The notes beneath the pieces were generated by a model. The model searched no databases and was not told where the DNA came from. It saw nothing but the letters and a program-made list of their open reading frames with translations. This document shows, one piece after another, positions 50,389 through 59,993 of a stretch of DNA of 64,000 nucleotides (position 1 is its first letter; each line of letters opens with the position of its first letter). Position numbers and translations under genes: made by a program. The DNA is taken from NCBI GenBank assembly GCA_963777605.1, contig CAVZRV010000027.1, positions 288,001 to 352,000 on the forward strand, read 5' to 3'. The DNA comes from an uncultured Acidobacteriota bacterium (GTDB taxonomy: Bacteria > Acidobacteriota > UBA6911 > RPQK01 > JAPXNP01).

Positions 50389-50646
50389 CTAGACTGCGAC
50401 TGCAAACCCTGCAGCCCACCCGGCAGGAGTACACACCAAAGTGCCGGCTGCGATTCCCCATAGTGTCGAGTGCAGGGCACCGGTCGTGCCCAAGATCAAT
50501 CCCGCCTCGGCAGAACCTCTATCGGACCTGGCGCAAAGGTAGCCGATCCCCACCCACATTTTTCCATCCATGACTCCGACCTGGCCGAGCGCCAGGGTCG
50601 AGAAACAGGCCAGCAGCAGCACCGCCGCCATCAGTCTTCGCTTCAT
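50389..50646 (-). CDS. 85-aa secreted hydrophobic peptide, putative circular-bacteriocin-like precursor
   Basis: AGGAGGAGG RBS; MKRRLMAAVLLLACFSTLALG leader; Gly/Ala-rich core ending ...PAGWAAGFAVAV; heads the SpoIIM-Yip1-ABC operon. Confidence 0.75.
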   Translation of the reverse strand: MKRRLMAAVLLLACFSTLALGQVGVMDGKMWVGIGYLCARSDRGSAEAGLILGTTGALHSTLWGIAAGTLVCTPAGWAAGFAVAV

Positions 50647-50810
50647 CTCGATCCTCCTCCTGAATCCGACCGGGAGAACCATTCATTCGCCTCTCCCGGC
50701 CCATCACCGGGCCTCTCCGGCCCGGCGGTTCGATCCCGAGGCCTCAGGGCTGTCTCAATCTTCGACGTCGGATCCGCGCCCGGCACCGACCGGGCAACGC
50801 CGTCCCGGTT

Positions 50811-50872
50811 ACCCTATCCTCAGTCCTTTCAACTGTCCAGCGCGGAATGCGCCGATTGCGCCAACTGCGCCG
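50811..50872 (-). promoter_or_regulatory. Putative promoter of the peptide operon with 9-bp direct repeats abutting -35
   Basis: Minus strand TGGACA-17 nt-TAGGGT; plus strand CCAGCGCGG AATGCGCCG ATTGCGCCA ACTGCGCCG. Confidence 0.55.
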
Positions 50873-51358
50873 CAATCGTTTCGAGGTGCCCGAAATCCGG
50901 TTCTGGGACCGGGCCTGGGTGGACCGTGTTGAGGAAGTCCGCTATCGCCACCCACTGTGACCTCACGTGTTGGCGATTGGCGGTTGCATCATCGAATCTG
51001 CGCGGTGGCGCACGGTTTCAGAACAAACCGGAAATCAAGAATCCTGAATTGAGACTGTTCTGGCTTTCCCTCCAGAAACGAGAAACCAGGAACCACAGGA
51101 GCTCATCCCAAATGAAGTCTCAAGCGATGCCGGGAGTGGGGTCGCCGTCGACCTCAGGTTGGAGTAGGAGTCATCGAATCGGAAGAGATTCGCTTTCTGT
51201 GCTCAGGGTCCACAGGAAGTGTGGAAAAGGCTGTGAAAAACCTGCGGCAGCTCAGTTGGACTCAGTGTCCGCTGCGGTTTGCACGATTCTAGTGCACCGC
51301 CCTCCAAAGGACACAATCCACCAAAAAAACGCAGAATTCAGTGTAAGATATGCAATGG

Positions 51359-51472
51359 TGGTATACTTCTTGCAGGCGGCCAAACAGGGAGACCCTCCTT
51401 TGAGGACCCCAACGCTCTCTCCTCCTTAAAGATCTCCCCTCGCGGCCGCCTTCGCTGAGCAGGGGATCTCAG
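51359..51472 (+). ncRNA. Candidate sRNA with anti-Shine-Dalgarno (CUCCUCCU) segment, including its promoter
   Basis: Extended -10 TGgTATACT at 51359-51367; AGGCGGCC/GGCCGCCU closing stem; GGGAGA/UCUCCC inner stem; 3' GCUGAG/CUCAGC hairpin. Confidence 0.45.
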
Positions 51473-51496
51473 CAGGTCCCTCCGACCCAAATCCAG

Positions 51497-52096
51497 TCAT
51501 TGACGGCCAAACGGCATCAGGTAGACCGGTGTCTGACCTTCAGGGAGCCTCAGGACGCCTGCCGCATCTCCGGGACGAAAAGCTGCGATGACCACCGTCC
51601 CCAAGCCCAACGCTTCGGCTTGGAGGTGTACATTTTGCCCGGCGTGCCCTACCTCCATGTGCACGTAGTCTCTGGCCGCGTCACCGAACTTCGGCTCGCT
51701 TCGGGCATAACAGGCGGAAATCACCAGGACGGCTGCAGATTCGAGGATTGAGGTTTGGTTGAAGGTAGTGTCGAATAACGGTTTCAAGAGCTCCCCCCGG
51801 ACCCCGGGAGTCAACGAGTGGTTCGATCCGTCGTAAGAATACAGACCGGCCTCGAGCCCGGACACGTTTGCTGCGACCAAAGAGATTTCCAGTGGATAGC
51901 ACTCCATTGCCGACGGGGTGGTGCGCCACCCGTTCGGCCCGGTCACCCCGTAAGCGCTCCACAACAATTGGCCAACTCGTTCCAAGCCGATTGTTTCCGG
52001 GCTAAAAGTACGGGTAGACCGTCTCCGAGACAGCGCTTCTTCGACAGTAACAGTCCCTCTTTGCGAGGGTTCAGGCAGAGTGATCATTACTTTCAA
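51497..52096 (-). CDS. SagB/ThcOx-type nitroreductase-family FMN oxidoreductase
   Basis: ALSRRRSTRTF, QLLWSAYG, RTTPSA, GLYSY, MEVGHAGQNVHLQAEALGLG. Confidence 0.88.
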   Translation of the reverse strand: MKVMITLPEPSQRGTVTVEEALSRRRSTRTFSPETIGLERVGQLLWSAYGVTGPNGWRTTPSAMECYPLEISLVAANVSGLEAGLYSYDGSNHSLTPGVRGELLKPLFDTTFNQTSILESAAVLVISACYARSEPKFGDAARDYVHMEVGHAGQNVHLQAEALGLGTVVIAAFRPGDAAGVLRLPEGQTPVYLMPFGRQ

Positions 52097-52255
52097 ACTC
52101 CTCCAGCAATCGCAGGCACCGCCCGCACCAGCAGGGTCCGCTTACCGTCCCCCCAAGCCTGCCATGGTAGCAGACGGCCGGACCGGGATCGCGAAGCCGG
52201 CTCCGGATGCGGTACCATTTTCAGGCGCCTCCGCTCCAAGAGGGAAGATGGCACT

Positions 52256-54175
52256 ATGAGCAAATTGATCGAGCGTTTGAAGTCCGCGCCAGTCCTCGCC
52301 GACGGTGCCATGGGTTCTTACCTGTTTCGCAGGACGGGACGGCTGTCCGAGCGTAACCACGTCTACGAAAGCCTGAGCATTGACGCTCCCGAGTTGATTG
52401 GCGAGATCCACACCGCGTACCTGCGGGCCGGGGCCAAATGCCTGACGACCAACACGTTCAGTGCAAACCGTACCGTCCTCAGGCAACTCGGTGAGGGTCG
52501 CTCGCCAGGGCAAATCTGCAGCGCCGCCGTTACCCTGGCACAGGAGGCATCTAAACGGTTCTCCGAGTTGCGGCAGGTTGAAAACGACGTGCTGACCCTC
52601 GGTTCCATCGGCCCTGCTCTCGATGGTCGGGCAACCGAATCGGAGATCAGGAACGCCCACGAGGAACAGATCGTCACTCTCCTGGAGGCCGGTGTTGACG
52701 CACTGCTCCTGGAGACCTTCCCGTCGCTGGACCAGCTTCTTCCGGTGGCAGAGCTATGCCTGGAGCGTTCGGGGAGGAGGGTCCCGATCATCGTAGAGAT
52801 GTCGCTCCAGAAGGACGCCTCGGGTGAGGCCTGGAATACAGCCCCGGCGGCGTATGTCGGGGAGATCAACCGGCTCGGAATCGAAGTCTTTGGAATCAAC
52901 TGCTGTGCCCCCTGGGACGCCCTTGCCTTCCTGGATGAACTTGACCAGATGGAAGAAGGCTTGCGGGCCGGGCTTCTCCTTTCCGTCATGCCGAACGCCG
53001 GAGGATTTCAGCGGATCGGCAACCGGTTCATGACCCGCGTCAACCCCGAGTTCATGGGACAGCTGGCGCGAACGCTGGCCCGGAGAGGTGTGCGCCTGAT
53101 CGGCGGGTGTTGTGAGGTCCACCCCTCCCATGTTCGAGAGATGAGCAACTTCCTTTCGAGCGCCCTGGTTTCTGATTCCCAAATCGAAGTTTTCGATCCG
53201 AAGGGACGTCCGTCGGCAGCACCGGAAGAAAAGAAGAGAAACGGCCCTTTCTCGAAGAAGCTGTTCGGCGGAGAATTCGTTGTCAGCGTCGAAGTGGTCC
53301 CACCGCGCGGAACTTCCGCCCAGGTACTGAACAACAAGATCAGCCTCGTCGATGCTCTGGCACAGGTGGGGCTTGCCGATGCAGTCGATCTGACCGATGG
53401 CTCTCGGGGCATCCCCCTGATGCCGGCGGGAGACTTCGTCACGACGATTCGAGAACACCTGGGGTGGAACGTGAGGACCGGAGATCGCCTGGAGTTCATC
53501 CCCCACTTCACCTGCCGCGATCTCAACACGATGGGAATGCAGTCTCGACTGATCGGTTTCCACAACCAGCGTATCCACAACGTACTGTTCATCACCGGCG
53601 ACCCTCCAAAGATGTCTCCGAGCTATCCCCGGTCAACTGCCGTCTTTGACGTTGACTCTTCGGGGATGATCCGGTTTGCGAGCCGGTTTCTGAACGCCGG
53701 GACAGACTTCGGGGGACATCCCTTGAGCCGCCTCGGAGATCCCCGGACTCACTTCACGGTAGGCTCGGGATTTGAGCCCGAAGCCCTCGATCTGGGCCGA
53801 GAGTTGGAGAAACTGCGCTCCAAGATCGACAACGGCGCGGACTACGTGATGACCCAACCCGCTTTTCGAATTGAAGCCCTCGACATCCTGAGCGACTGCC
53901 GGGCCAGGGTCCCGATACTCGCCGGCGTCATGATTCTGACCGGGCTGGACCATGCCCAGAGAGTGAGTCAGATTCCGGGGGTCGTGCTCCCCCAGGAGAT
54001 TTTCGACCGCTTCGCCAGTTTTCCCGATCCCGCCGACCAGGCACTCCTCGGGATCGAGATCGCCGTAGAGCAGGTCAGGCGGGTCAAGAGTGATGGCTGG
54101 GCGGGGCTGTACCTGATGTCACCCGGGGCCTTGTCGCCGATCATTGAGGTACTCAGAGGGGGACTAACAGGATAG
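52256..54175 (+). CDS. yitJ: Bifunctional homocysteine S-methyltransferase / methylenetetrahydrofolate reductase (YitJ-like)
   Basis: LADGAMG, TTNTF, GINC, PNAG, GGCC; VSVEVVPPRG, HFTCRDLN, ITGDPP, MTQP. Confidence 0.85.
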   Translation: MSKLIERLKSAPVLADGAMGSYLFRRTGRLSERNHVYESLSIDAPELIGEIHTAYLRAGAKCLTTNTFSANRTVLRQLGEGRSPGQICSAAVTLAQEASKRFSELRQVENDVLTLGSIGPALDGRATESEIRNAHEEQIVTLLEAGVDALLLETFPSLDQLLPVAELCLERSGRRVPIIVEMSLQKDASGEAWNTAPAAYVGEINRLGIEVFGINCCAPWDALAFLDELDQMEEGLRAGLLLSVMPNAGGFQRIGNRFMTRVNPEFMGQLARTLARRGVRLIGGCCEVHPSHVREMSNFLSSALVSDSQIEVFDPKGRPSAAPEEKKRNGPFSKKLFGGEFVVSVEVVPPRGTSAQVLNNKISLVDALAQVGLADAVDLTDGSRGIPLMPAGDFVTTIREHLGWNVRTGDRLEFIPHFTCRDLNTMGMQSRLIGFHNQRIHNVLFITGDPPKMSPSYPRSTAVFDVDSSGMIRFASRFLNAGTDFGGHPLSRLGDPRTHFTVGSGFEPEALDLGRELEKLRSKIDNGADYVMTQPAFRIEALDILSDCRARVPILAGVMILTGLDHAQRVSQIPGVVLPQEIFDRFASFPDPADQALLGIEIAVEQVRRVKSDGWAGLYLMSPGALSPIIEVLRGGLTG

Positions 54176-54270
54176 AACCATTAGGACCCATTAGCCCCGT
54201 GGTGTCCATGGGATTCATGGTGCCGCTGTCGTGTGTGGGACGAAGGGACGTTGAAAGTAGCGATATCCGA

Positions 54271-55041
54271 TCAAAATGTCTTGCACATGAGTCCTCCGTC
54301 CACCAGCAGAACGCTTCCAGTCATGTAACTACCCGCTTCGCTGGCAAGCAGCAGGGCCGGGCCGATCAGCTCTTCGGGGCGACCCCACCGATCCAGGGCC
54401 GTCCGACTGGCGGCAAAGGCCTGTTGTTCAGGGGTCAGCACGCTCGCCGGCAGATCGGTCAGGAATGGCCCCGGTGCGATGCAGTTAACGGTGATCCCGA
54501 ACTCGGCCAGGTCCAGCGCGTTTGCTTTCGTCAGGCCGATCAGCGCCGCTTTCGAAGCTGAATAGGAGTTGCGCGCGGCCTTCGAGGCCAGACCCATGAT
54601 CGATGAGATGTAAATCACCCTCCCCCAACTCCGCCGCTTCATCTGGGGCGTGAGGGCCCGCGTCAGAGCCATCGCTGAATTGAGATTCACCTCCATCGAA
54701 CGGTCCCACTCCGGATCGGTCACCTCGTCAATGGGCTGAGGAATGTTGATGCCGGCGTTGTTTAACAGGATATCCACTCTCCCAAACTTGGCGAGAACCG
54801 CTTCGGCGAGTCTAAGTGCTTCCGAGCGCCTGCTGAGATCACACGGAAAACAGCCGCCTCTTGCGCCAGTTCCCTCTAGGATCTCGCTCAAGGCTGCGGC
54901 CAACTCCGTTTCGCTGCGGCTCGCAATCGCTACGGTTGCCCCGGCCTCGGCCAAGCCCCGGGCCATCGCGCGACCCAATCCCTTGCTGCCCCCCGTCACG
55001 AGGGCTACTTTCCCGTCCAGACTGAAGAGTTTCTCGATCAT
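54271..55041 (-). CDS. SDR oxidoreductase (gluconate 5-dehydrogenase-like)
   Basis: TGGSKGLG, NNAG, YSASK, VNCIAPG. Confidence 0.92.
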   Translation of the reverse strand: MIEKLFSLDGKVALVTGGSKGLGRAMARGLAEAGATVAIASRSETELAAALSEILEGTGARGGCFPCDLSRRSEALRLAEAVLAKFGRVDILLNNAGINIPQPIDEVTDPEWDRSMEVNLNSAMALTRALTPQMKRRSWGRVIYISSIMGLASKAARNSYSASKAALIGLTKANALDLAEFGITVNCIAPGPFLTDLPASVLTPEQQAFAASRTALDRWGRPEELIGPALLLASEAGSYMTGSVLLVDGGLMCKTF

Positions 55042-55125
55042 TGCGCCTTCCTTTTCCTCCATTGTACCGAGGAGTTGACCGCCGGGCCGGTCTGGTGTTC
55101 ACTGAGACAGAAACGGAGGAGAGCA

Positions 55126-56034
55126 ATGGCAGAATTCCTGGACACACTTCGCACTCAGATTCTTCTCAATGACGGTGCCATGGGCACGCAACTTCAGGCC
55201 GCCGGACTCCAGCCGGGCGAATGCGGCGACGAGTGGGTCCTGACTCACCCGGAAAGAGTACTTGAGATCCAGACCCGATACGTCGAGGCCGGCGCCGATT
55301 GTCTCTCGACCAACACATTCGGAGCGACCCGTCTCTCCCTCCAGCGCCATGGACTCGGCGGCGAAGTCGAAGCGATCAACACGGGTGCCGTTGAAATCGC
55401 CCGCGAAGCATTCGGCGAACGGGGTGGCTTCGTGCTGGGAGACATCGGACCCTTCGGAGGTCTCCTCGAGCCCTATGGAACGGTTTCCGCCGGGGAGGCA
55501 CGTGCTTCGTTCGTAGACCAGGCCAAAGCCCTGGTCGCGGCCGGGGTCGATGCGATCATCATTGAGACGATGACTGCCCTCGAAGAATTGGAGTTGGCTG
55601 TCCAAGCGGCCCGCGAAGTGGGAGCCCCCTGCGTGATCGCATCGGTCTCTTTCGACTTGACCCATGACGGTTCCGACATGCGCACCATGATGGGAGTCAA
55701 CCCGGAACGCGCCGCCGCGTTTCTCCAGGAAATCGGTGTGGACGTGGCGGGAACCAACTGTGGTGCCAACATCAACATCAGTTGGGCCGCCCGAATCATA
55801 AGGCGCTATCGGGAGAGTTGCGGCCTGTTGCTGATGGCACAGCCGAACGCCGGAACGCCCGAACTAGACGGTGATCGGATTGTCTACAAGACCGAACCGG
55901 AAGCCATGGCGGCTGCCGTTCCCGACCTCGTGGATGCCGGTGCCCGGCTGGTCGGCGCCTGCTGCGGCAGCACTCCGGAGCACATTCGCCAATTTCGAAA
56001 GGTGTTGGACCGGATCGACTCCTCCGGGAAGTAG
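55126..56034 (+). CDS. Stand-alone homocysteine-binding domain of B12 methionine synthase
   Basis: DGAMGTQLQ, TNTFG, IETM, GTNCG, PNAG, GACCG (Zn ligands present). Confidence 0.9.
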   Translation: MAEFLDTLRTQILLNDGAMGTQLQAAGLQPGECGDEWVLTHPERVLEIQTRYVEAGADCLSTNTFGATRLSLQRHGLGGEVEAINTGAVEIAREAFGERGGFVLGDIGPFGGLLEPYGTVSAGEARASFVDQAKALVAAGVDAIIIETMTALEELELAVQAAREVGAPCVIASVSFDLTHDGSDMRTMMGVNPERAAAFLQEIGVDVAGTNCGANINISWAARIIRRYRESCGLLLMAQPNAGTPELDGDRIVYKTEPEAMAAAVPDLVDAGARLVGACCGSTPEHIRQFRKVLDRIDSSGK

Positions 56035-56052
56035 CCCAATCCCGCTGCGGCT

Positions 56053-57732
56053 TCAGGCATCCGGCGCGCCGGCGGAGCTTCCGGCGACCTTCTGGGCAAT
56101 TCCGACCACGACACCGACGGCCACAACGGCAACCGCGCCGACAACGTTGTACCAGAGGAACGAGATCTCGGCAACGACACTTACCAGGGCAACCGCGCCC
56201 ATACCTCCCAGTAACCCCAGGAACGCACCCAGCGGCGTCGCCCAGCGAGTCCCGATGGCGAGGATGAATACGCCCAGAACCGACCCATAGAAGAACGAGC
56301 CGAAGCGGTTAACGACCTCTATGAGGGATCCGAGATGGACGGCGTAGATGGCGACAACACAGGCAACGAGCCCCCAGAATCCCGTCGCCAACTTGGACAC
56401 GAAAAGGTAGTGACGATCAGAGGCTTGAGGACGAAACAGCCGGCGGTAAAAGTCCATCACCGTGGCTGTAGCCAGGGAATTCAACTCGGCCGCAATACTC
56501 GACATAGCGGCCGCAAAGATGGCCGCCACCATCAAGCCGATAATGCCGATGGGTAGCCGGTTCATCACGAACGTCGGAAAGACGTAGTTGACGTCGGTGT
56601 AACTTTCCTCCCCTGAGACCCTGCCGGCAAGATCGAGGGCGCGGCTGCGAATCTCTTCGCGTCCCCGGTAAGCCTCCAGATAGGCCGATCGATCGGGGGC
56701 CTCTCCCGCAGCCGTCTGCAACGCCGCTTCCCTGAGCCGATCAGCGGCCTGCTGGTATTCTCCGACCAGTTCCCGATACTCAGAACGCGACTGCAGTTCC
56801 TGCTCAACCGCGGGATTGAACAGCAGAGGCGGAGTCACGAACTGGTAGTAAACAAAGACGAGTACTCCGATGAGAAGAATGACGAACTGGATCGGAATCT
56901 TGAATATGGCACTCATCAAAAGGGAGGTTCTTCCTTCGTCAACCGATCGTGCCGTCAGGTAGCGCTGGACCTGGCTCTGATCACAACCGAAGTAGGAGAG
57001 CATCAGGAAAAGCCCACCGATCAACCCCGACCAGAACGTGTAGGTCTGGTTAAGGCTGAAAGAGAAATCCAACGTTTTGAGGCGCCCTACTCCGGCGGCC
57101 AATGAGAGCGCGTCTTTCAGCCGGACGCTCTCAGGGAATCCCGAGATGATTACGACGACCACGACCGCCATCCCCACAAAAATCAGCACCATCTGCTTCA
57201 CATCGGTCCAGGTGACGGCCTGGACGCCGCCCAACATCGTGTAGATCACCGTGGGAACGCCGATGGCCAGTACCGTCACGTGAAGATTCCAGCCCAGCAC
57301 CACCGAAAGAATCACGGCAGGCGCAGAAATAATCACCCCGCACGAGAGTCCCCGAGAAAGCAGGAACAGGAAACTCGTCAAGGTTCTCGTCTTGAGGTCG
57401 AAGCGGCGCTCCAGGTATTCATAGGCGGTGTACACATCGGCCCGATGAAAGAACGGGACCACCGTGACGCATAGAATGATCATCGCCAGGGGCAGGCCAA
57501 GGTAGAACTGGATGAAACGCATCCCGTCGGTATAGGCCTGGCCAGTGGTTCCCACCAGGGTTATGGCACTCATCTGAGTCGCCATTATCGAGAGTCCGAC
57601 GGCCCACCACGGCAGGCTCCGGTCGGCAAGGAAGTATCCCCGGACCTGGTCCGTTCCGCGACTCTTGCGAATGCCGTCGATAACGACATATCCAAGGTAG
57701 AGGGCGACAAGAATCCAGTCCAGAGTGTGCAT
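56053..57732 (-). CDS. Sodium:solute symporter
   Basis: [44 protein letters not shown]. Confidence 0.92.
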   Translation of the reverse strand: MHTLDWILVALYLGYVVIDGIRKSRGTDQVRGYFLADRSLPWWAVGLSIMATQMSAITLVGTTGQAYTDGMRFIQFYLGLPLAMIILCVTVVPFFHRADVYTAYEYLERRFDLKTRTLTSFLFLLSRGLSCGVIISAPAVILSVVLGWNLHVTVLAIGVPTVIYTMLGGVQAVTWTDVKQMVLIFVGMAVVVVVIISGFPESVRLKDALSLAAGVGRLKTLDFSFSLNQTYTFWSGLIGGLFLMLSYFGCDQSQVQRYLTARSVDEGRTSLLMSAIFKIPIQFVILLIGVLVFVYYQFVTPPLLFNPAVEQELQSRSEYRELVGEYQQAADRLREAALQTAAGEAPDRSAYLEAYRGREEIRSRALDLAGRVSGEESYTDVNYVFPTFVMNRLPIGIIGLMVAAIFAAAMSSIAAELNSLATATVMDFYRRLFRPQASDRHYLFVSKLATGFWGLVACVVAIYAVHLGSLIEVVNRFGSFFYGSVLGVFILAIGTRWATPLGAFLGLLGGMGAVALVSVVAEISFLWYNVVGAVAVVAVGVVVGIAQKVAGSSAGAPDA

Positions 57733-57780
57733 CGTCTATCCGAGATCTCGAGCGCTTGTTCGCCGTCTTCCTGAACCCGC

Positions 57781-57912
57781 CTAACTGAACGCCTGGGAAA
57801 AGACCCAGAGAAGCACGTATACGATCACCGTCAGGAAAAGAATCCCGAGGTAGATGATCCTCCAGCGCCGCCGCCTGACCGTTCTCGAGTCTGAGGTTTC
57901 CGTTGAGGTCAT
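57781..57912 (-). CDS. 43-aa single-TM protein upstream of the SSS gene (probable accessory subunit)
   Basis: Manual translation MTSTETSDSRTVRRRRWRIIYLGILFLTVIVYVLLWVFSQAFS; below ORF-track cutoff. Confidence 0.7.
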   Translation of the reverse strand: MTSTETSDSRTVRRRRWRIIYLGILFLTVIVYVLLWVFSQAFS

Positions 57913-57974
57913 TTTGTTTTCAACATGCTACCATGCCGTTGGACGACACTCCTCGGCCGAACGGGAGGTTCTGC

Positions 57975-58643
57975 ATGCTCGAAATGGTTGGGAAACTCGA
58001 GGCCCTCTGTGAACAGCGGAGGCCGGTCACGATGACGGCTGGGCAGCCCGGCAGGATTCTCAAGGGAAGGTTCCGGTTCTGTTCCAGTTCCTCGGGCTTC
58101 GTGGCAATCGAGCTGTTTGATCTGCCCGAAGCCGCTCAAATCGATGAACGAACCCCCTGTACCGTGGTGTTCGCGGACGGCGCACGCAGCACGCTGTTTA
58201 TCAGCGAGGTCATCTCGCTCGACCTGGAAACCCATCAACTGCCGGTCCTGAGGATTCGGATCCCCCTCCAGGCGGCCCGGGCCGAAGCCCGCAGCAACGT
58301 TCGCATCCCCCTGAACCGGGAGACCGCCCCGAAGCTCGTTGTCCGAGCGCCGGGACATCGCTGGGAGCCACGCCCGCTGGATATCAGCGTGGCGGGAATG
58401 CTGGTGGAACTTCCCATCAATCAGCGATTTCCGGTTGCCGACCTGGAAGAGCTGGAGATTGAGATCGAAAAGAACGGGCTCAGCACAGTCGTCGAGGGCT
58501 TTGCCCAGCACCGATGGTCCAACTTCTGGGCCCTCTATTTCTCGGATGTGCTGCGCAGCCTGAGACACGGCGAACCGGACGTCCCCGAGCAACTTCAGCA
58601 GATCATTGACCTGGTGGAGTCGGAGTGGCTCAAACGCCGCTGA
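57975..58643 (+). CDS. PilZ-domain (YcgR-like) c-di-GMP-binding protein
   Basis: RSNVR (RxxxR) and DISVAG (DxSxxG); GGAGG RBS. Confidence 0.7.
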   Translation: MLEMVGKLEALCEQRRPVTMTAGQPGRILKGRFRFCSSSSGFVAIELFDLPEAAQIDERTPCTVVFADGARSTLFISEVISLDLETHQLPVLRIRIPLQAARAEARSNVRIPLNRETAPKLVVRAPGHRWEPRPLDISVAGMLVELPINQRFPVADLEELEIEIEKNGLSTVVEGFAQHRWSNFWALYFSDVLRSLRHGEPDVPEQLQQIIDLVESEWLKRR

Positions 58644-58782
58644 CCGCCTGCGGGACCGACGGGGCTGGAGCTCTCGTTTCGGCCGGTCGAATCAGGTTGG
58701 ATTGAATATGCCGGCGGCGCCGGACCCGGGACCCGAGTTCGATTGATTGCTCAAAAATGGGAGAATAGTTGGAGATCCGGAG

Positions 58783-58806
58783 GCCGGGGAGCGGCAACTC
58801 CCCGGC
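58783..58806. terminator. GC-rich hairpin downstream of the CpxP-like gene
   Basis: GCCGGGGAG-CGGCAA-CTCCCCGGC. Confidence 0.5.
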
Positions 58807-58821
58807 TTGGAGGGCTCACTC

Positions 58822-59397
58822 CTAGACTGGATCGCTTTCGCCGGGAATCGGCGGATTGGGAGGTGGGAGCAGGCCAAGGACCTTAAAGGCATTCACGACG
58901 GGCTCAAGTCGTACTGCCAGCCTGACTGCTTCCACCTTCGCAAGTTGCTCCTCCGTCAGCAGACTCCGGATGGCTTCAAACGCGTCCGCAGAAGTGCGCG
59001 CGATCGACTGTCGAATTCCATGGATGTCGATCGTCAACTGCCCGACAGTTTCGACGGATGGGCTTTCACTGCCGAGTTCCTCGCGCAAAGCGGCCTCCAA
59101 CTCTCTCCTCTGGTCTCGCAAAGTCTGAATCTCATCAGCCGAAGTCCGCAATATCTCTCGAACTTGCTCGGCCTGTTCGTCGGAAAGATCCAGAAAGCCG
59201 GCCACGACACGAAGGGCACGAACGATGTCCATGACAGGACCGTTGGCGGATGGACCGTTGACTCCTCCGTCGGCACCAAAGGCCGGAGGTGGCACTGGAG
59301 GGACGGGGCCCTGGGGAGCCTGGGCCAGGACTGTGAAGCTGCACAGCCCGAAAATGACGGCAATCATGCCCAGCCTGGTTAGCGTGTTCTTGTTCAT
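58822..59397 (-). CDS. Spy/CpxP/ZraP-family periplasmic protein
   Basis: Signal peptide; LDLSDEQ and LLTEEQ (LTxxQ) motifs. Confidence 0.85.
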   Translation of the reverse strand: MNKNTLTRLGMIAVIFGLCSFTVLAQAPQGPVPPVPPPAFGADGGVNGPSANGPVMDIVRALRVVAGFLDLSDEQAEQVREILRTSADEIQTLRDQRRELEAALREELGSESPSVETVGQLTIDIHGIRQSIARTSADAFEAIRSLLTEEQLAKVEAVRLAVRLEPVVNAFKVLGLLPPPNPPIPGESDPV

Positions 59398-59453
59398 GTT
59401 CAGATTTACTCCTTTACTTGGCTGTTCTTGTTGCGTTCAATCCGTGGATCTAT

Positions 59454-59948
59454 CTATGGATTAAGACCTCGATCGGGCCTCGGGGGGGCGTTTCCAGGAC
59501 GACCGCCCCGGTTGTTCAGCCGGTTTCGAAGCCGTTCAAGGGTCTTCACCTGCTCGGGAGTGAGGGTGTTTCGAATCCGCAATGCCATCAGCAGGCGAGC
59601 TTTCTTGATTTCGCTTTCCGCGGAAAGCACGCGATCGAGTTGAGCAATCACCTTGCTCTCATCGGCATTCCGATCTCGAATCAGGCTCGCCAACTCGTCG
59701 ATTTCTCGCTGGAGAGTCCACTGGAGTTCCGTGAAGCGGGACTGCGCCTGACGGATCTCTTTGACGATGACACCTTCCTGCTCCGCGGAAAGATTGAGCA
59801 GAGACTGGTTGCGCATCACCAGATCGGGCGGAATCAACAACTCCTTGATTCTGTCGGGACCCGGGCCCGGCTCATCCGGGCCGGGTTGAGCCAGAGCCGG
59901 AGTCATCAACAGCGCCGAAAGCAAGCCGGCAATCAATAATCTGTACAT
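59454..59948 (-). CDS. Spy/CpxP/ZraP-family periplasmic protein
   Basis: Signal peptide; LNLSAEQ and TLTPEQ motifs. Confidence 0.85.
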   Translation of the reverse strand: MYRLLIAGLLSALLMTPALAQPGPDEPGPGPDRIKELLIPPDLVMRNQSLLNLSAEQEGVIVKEIRQAQSRFTELQWTLQREIDELASLIRDRNADESKVIAQLDRVLSAESEIKKARLLMALRIRNTLTPEQVKTLERLRNRLNNRGGRPGNAPPRPDRGLNP

Positions 59949-59993
59949 GGTTTCCCCCTTCTCAATGTTTCGTTCAATTCCCACTCCGCCCGA

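Noticed and set aside
50470-51429. 319-aa plus-strand ORF, and other long antisense ORFs (e.g. 12329-13669, 29367-30656, 39131-40735)
   Set aside because: No recognisable motifs; shadow ORFs typical of high-GC DNA overlapping better-supported features
51497-52096. SagB-type dehydrogenase as an azole-forming maturase for the peptide
   Set aside because: No YcaO cyclodehydratase in the window; stand-alone SagB-like nitroreductases are common; ~850 bp of separately organised DNA lies between it and the peptide gene
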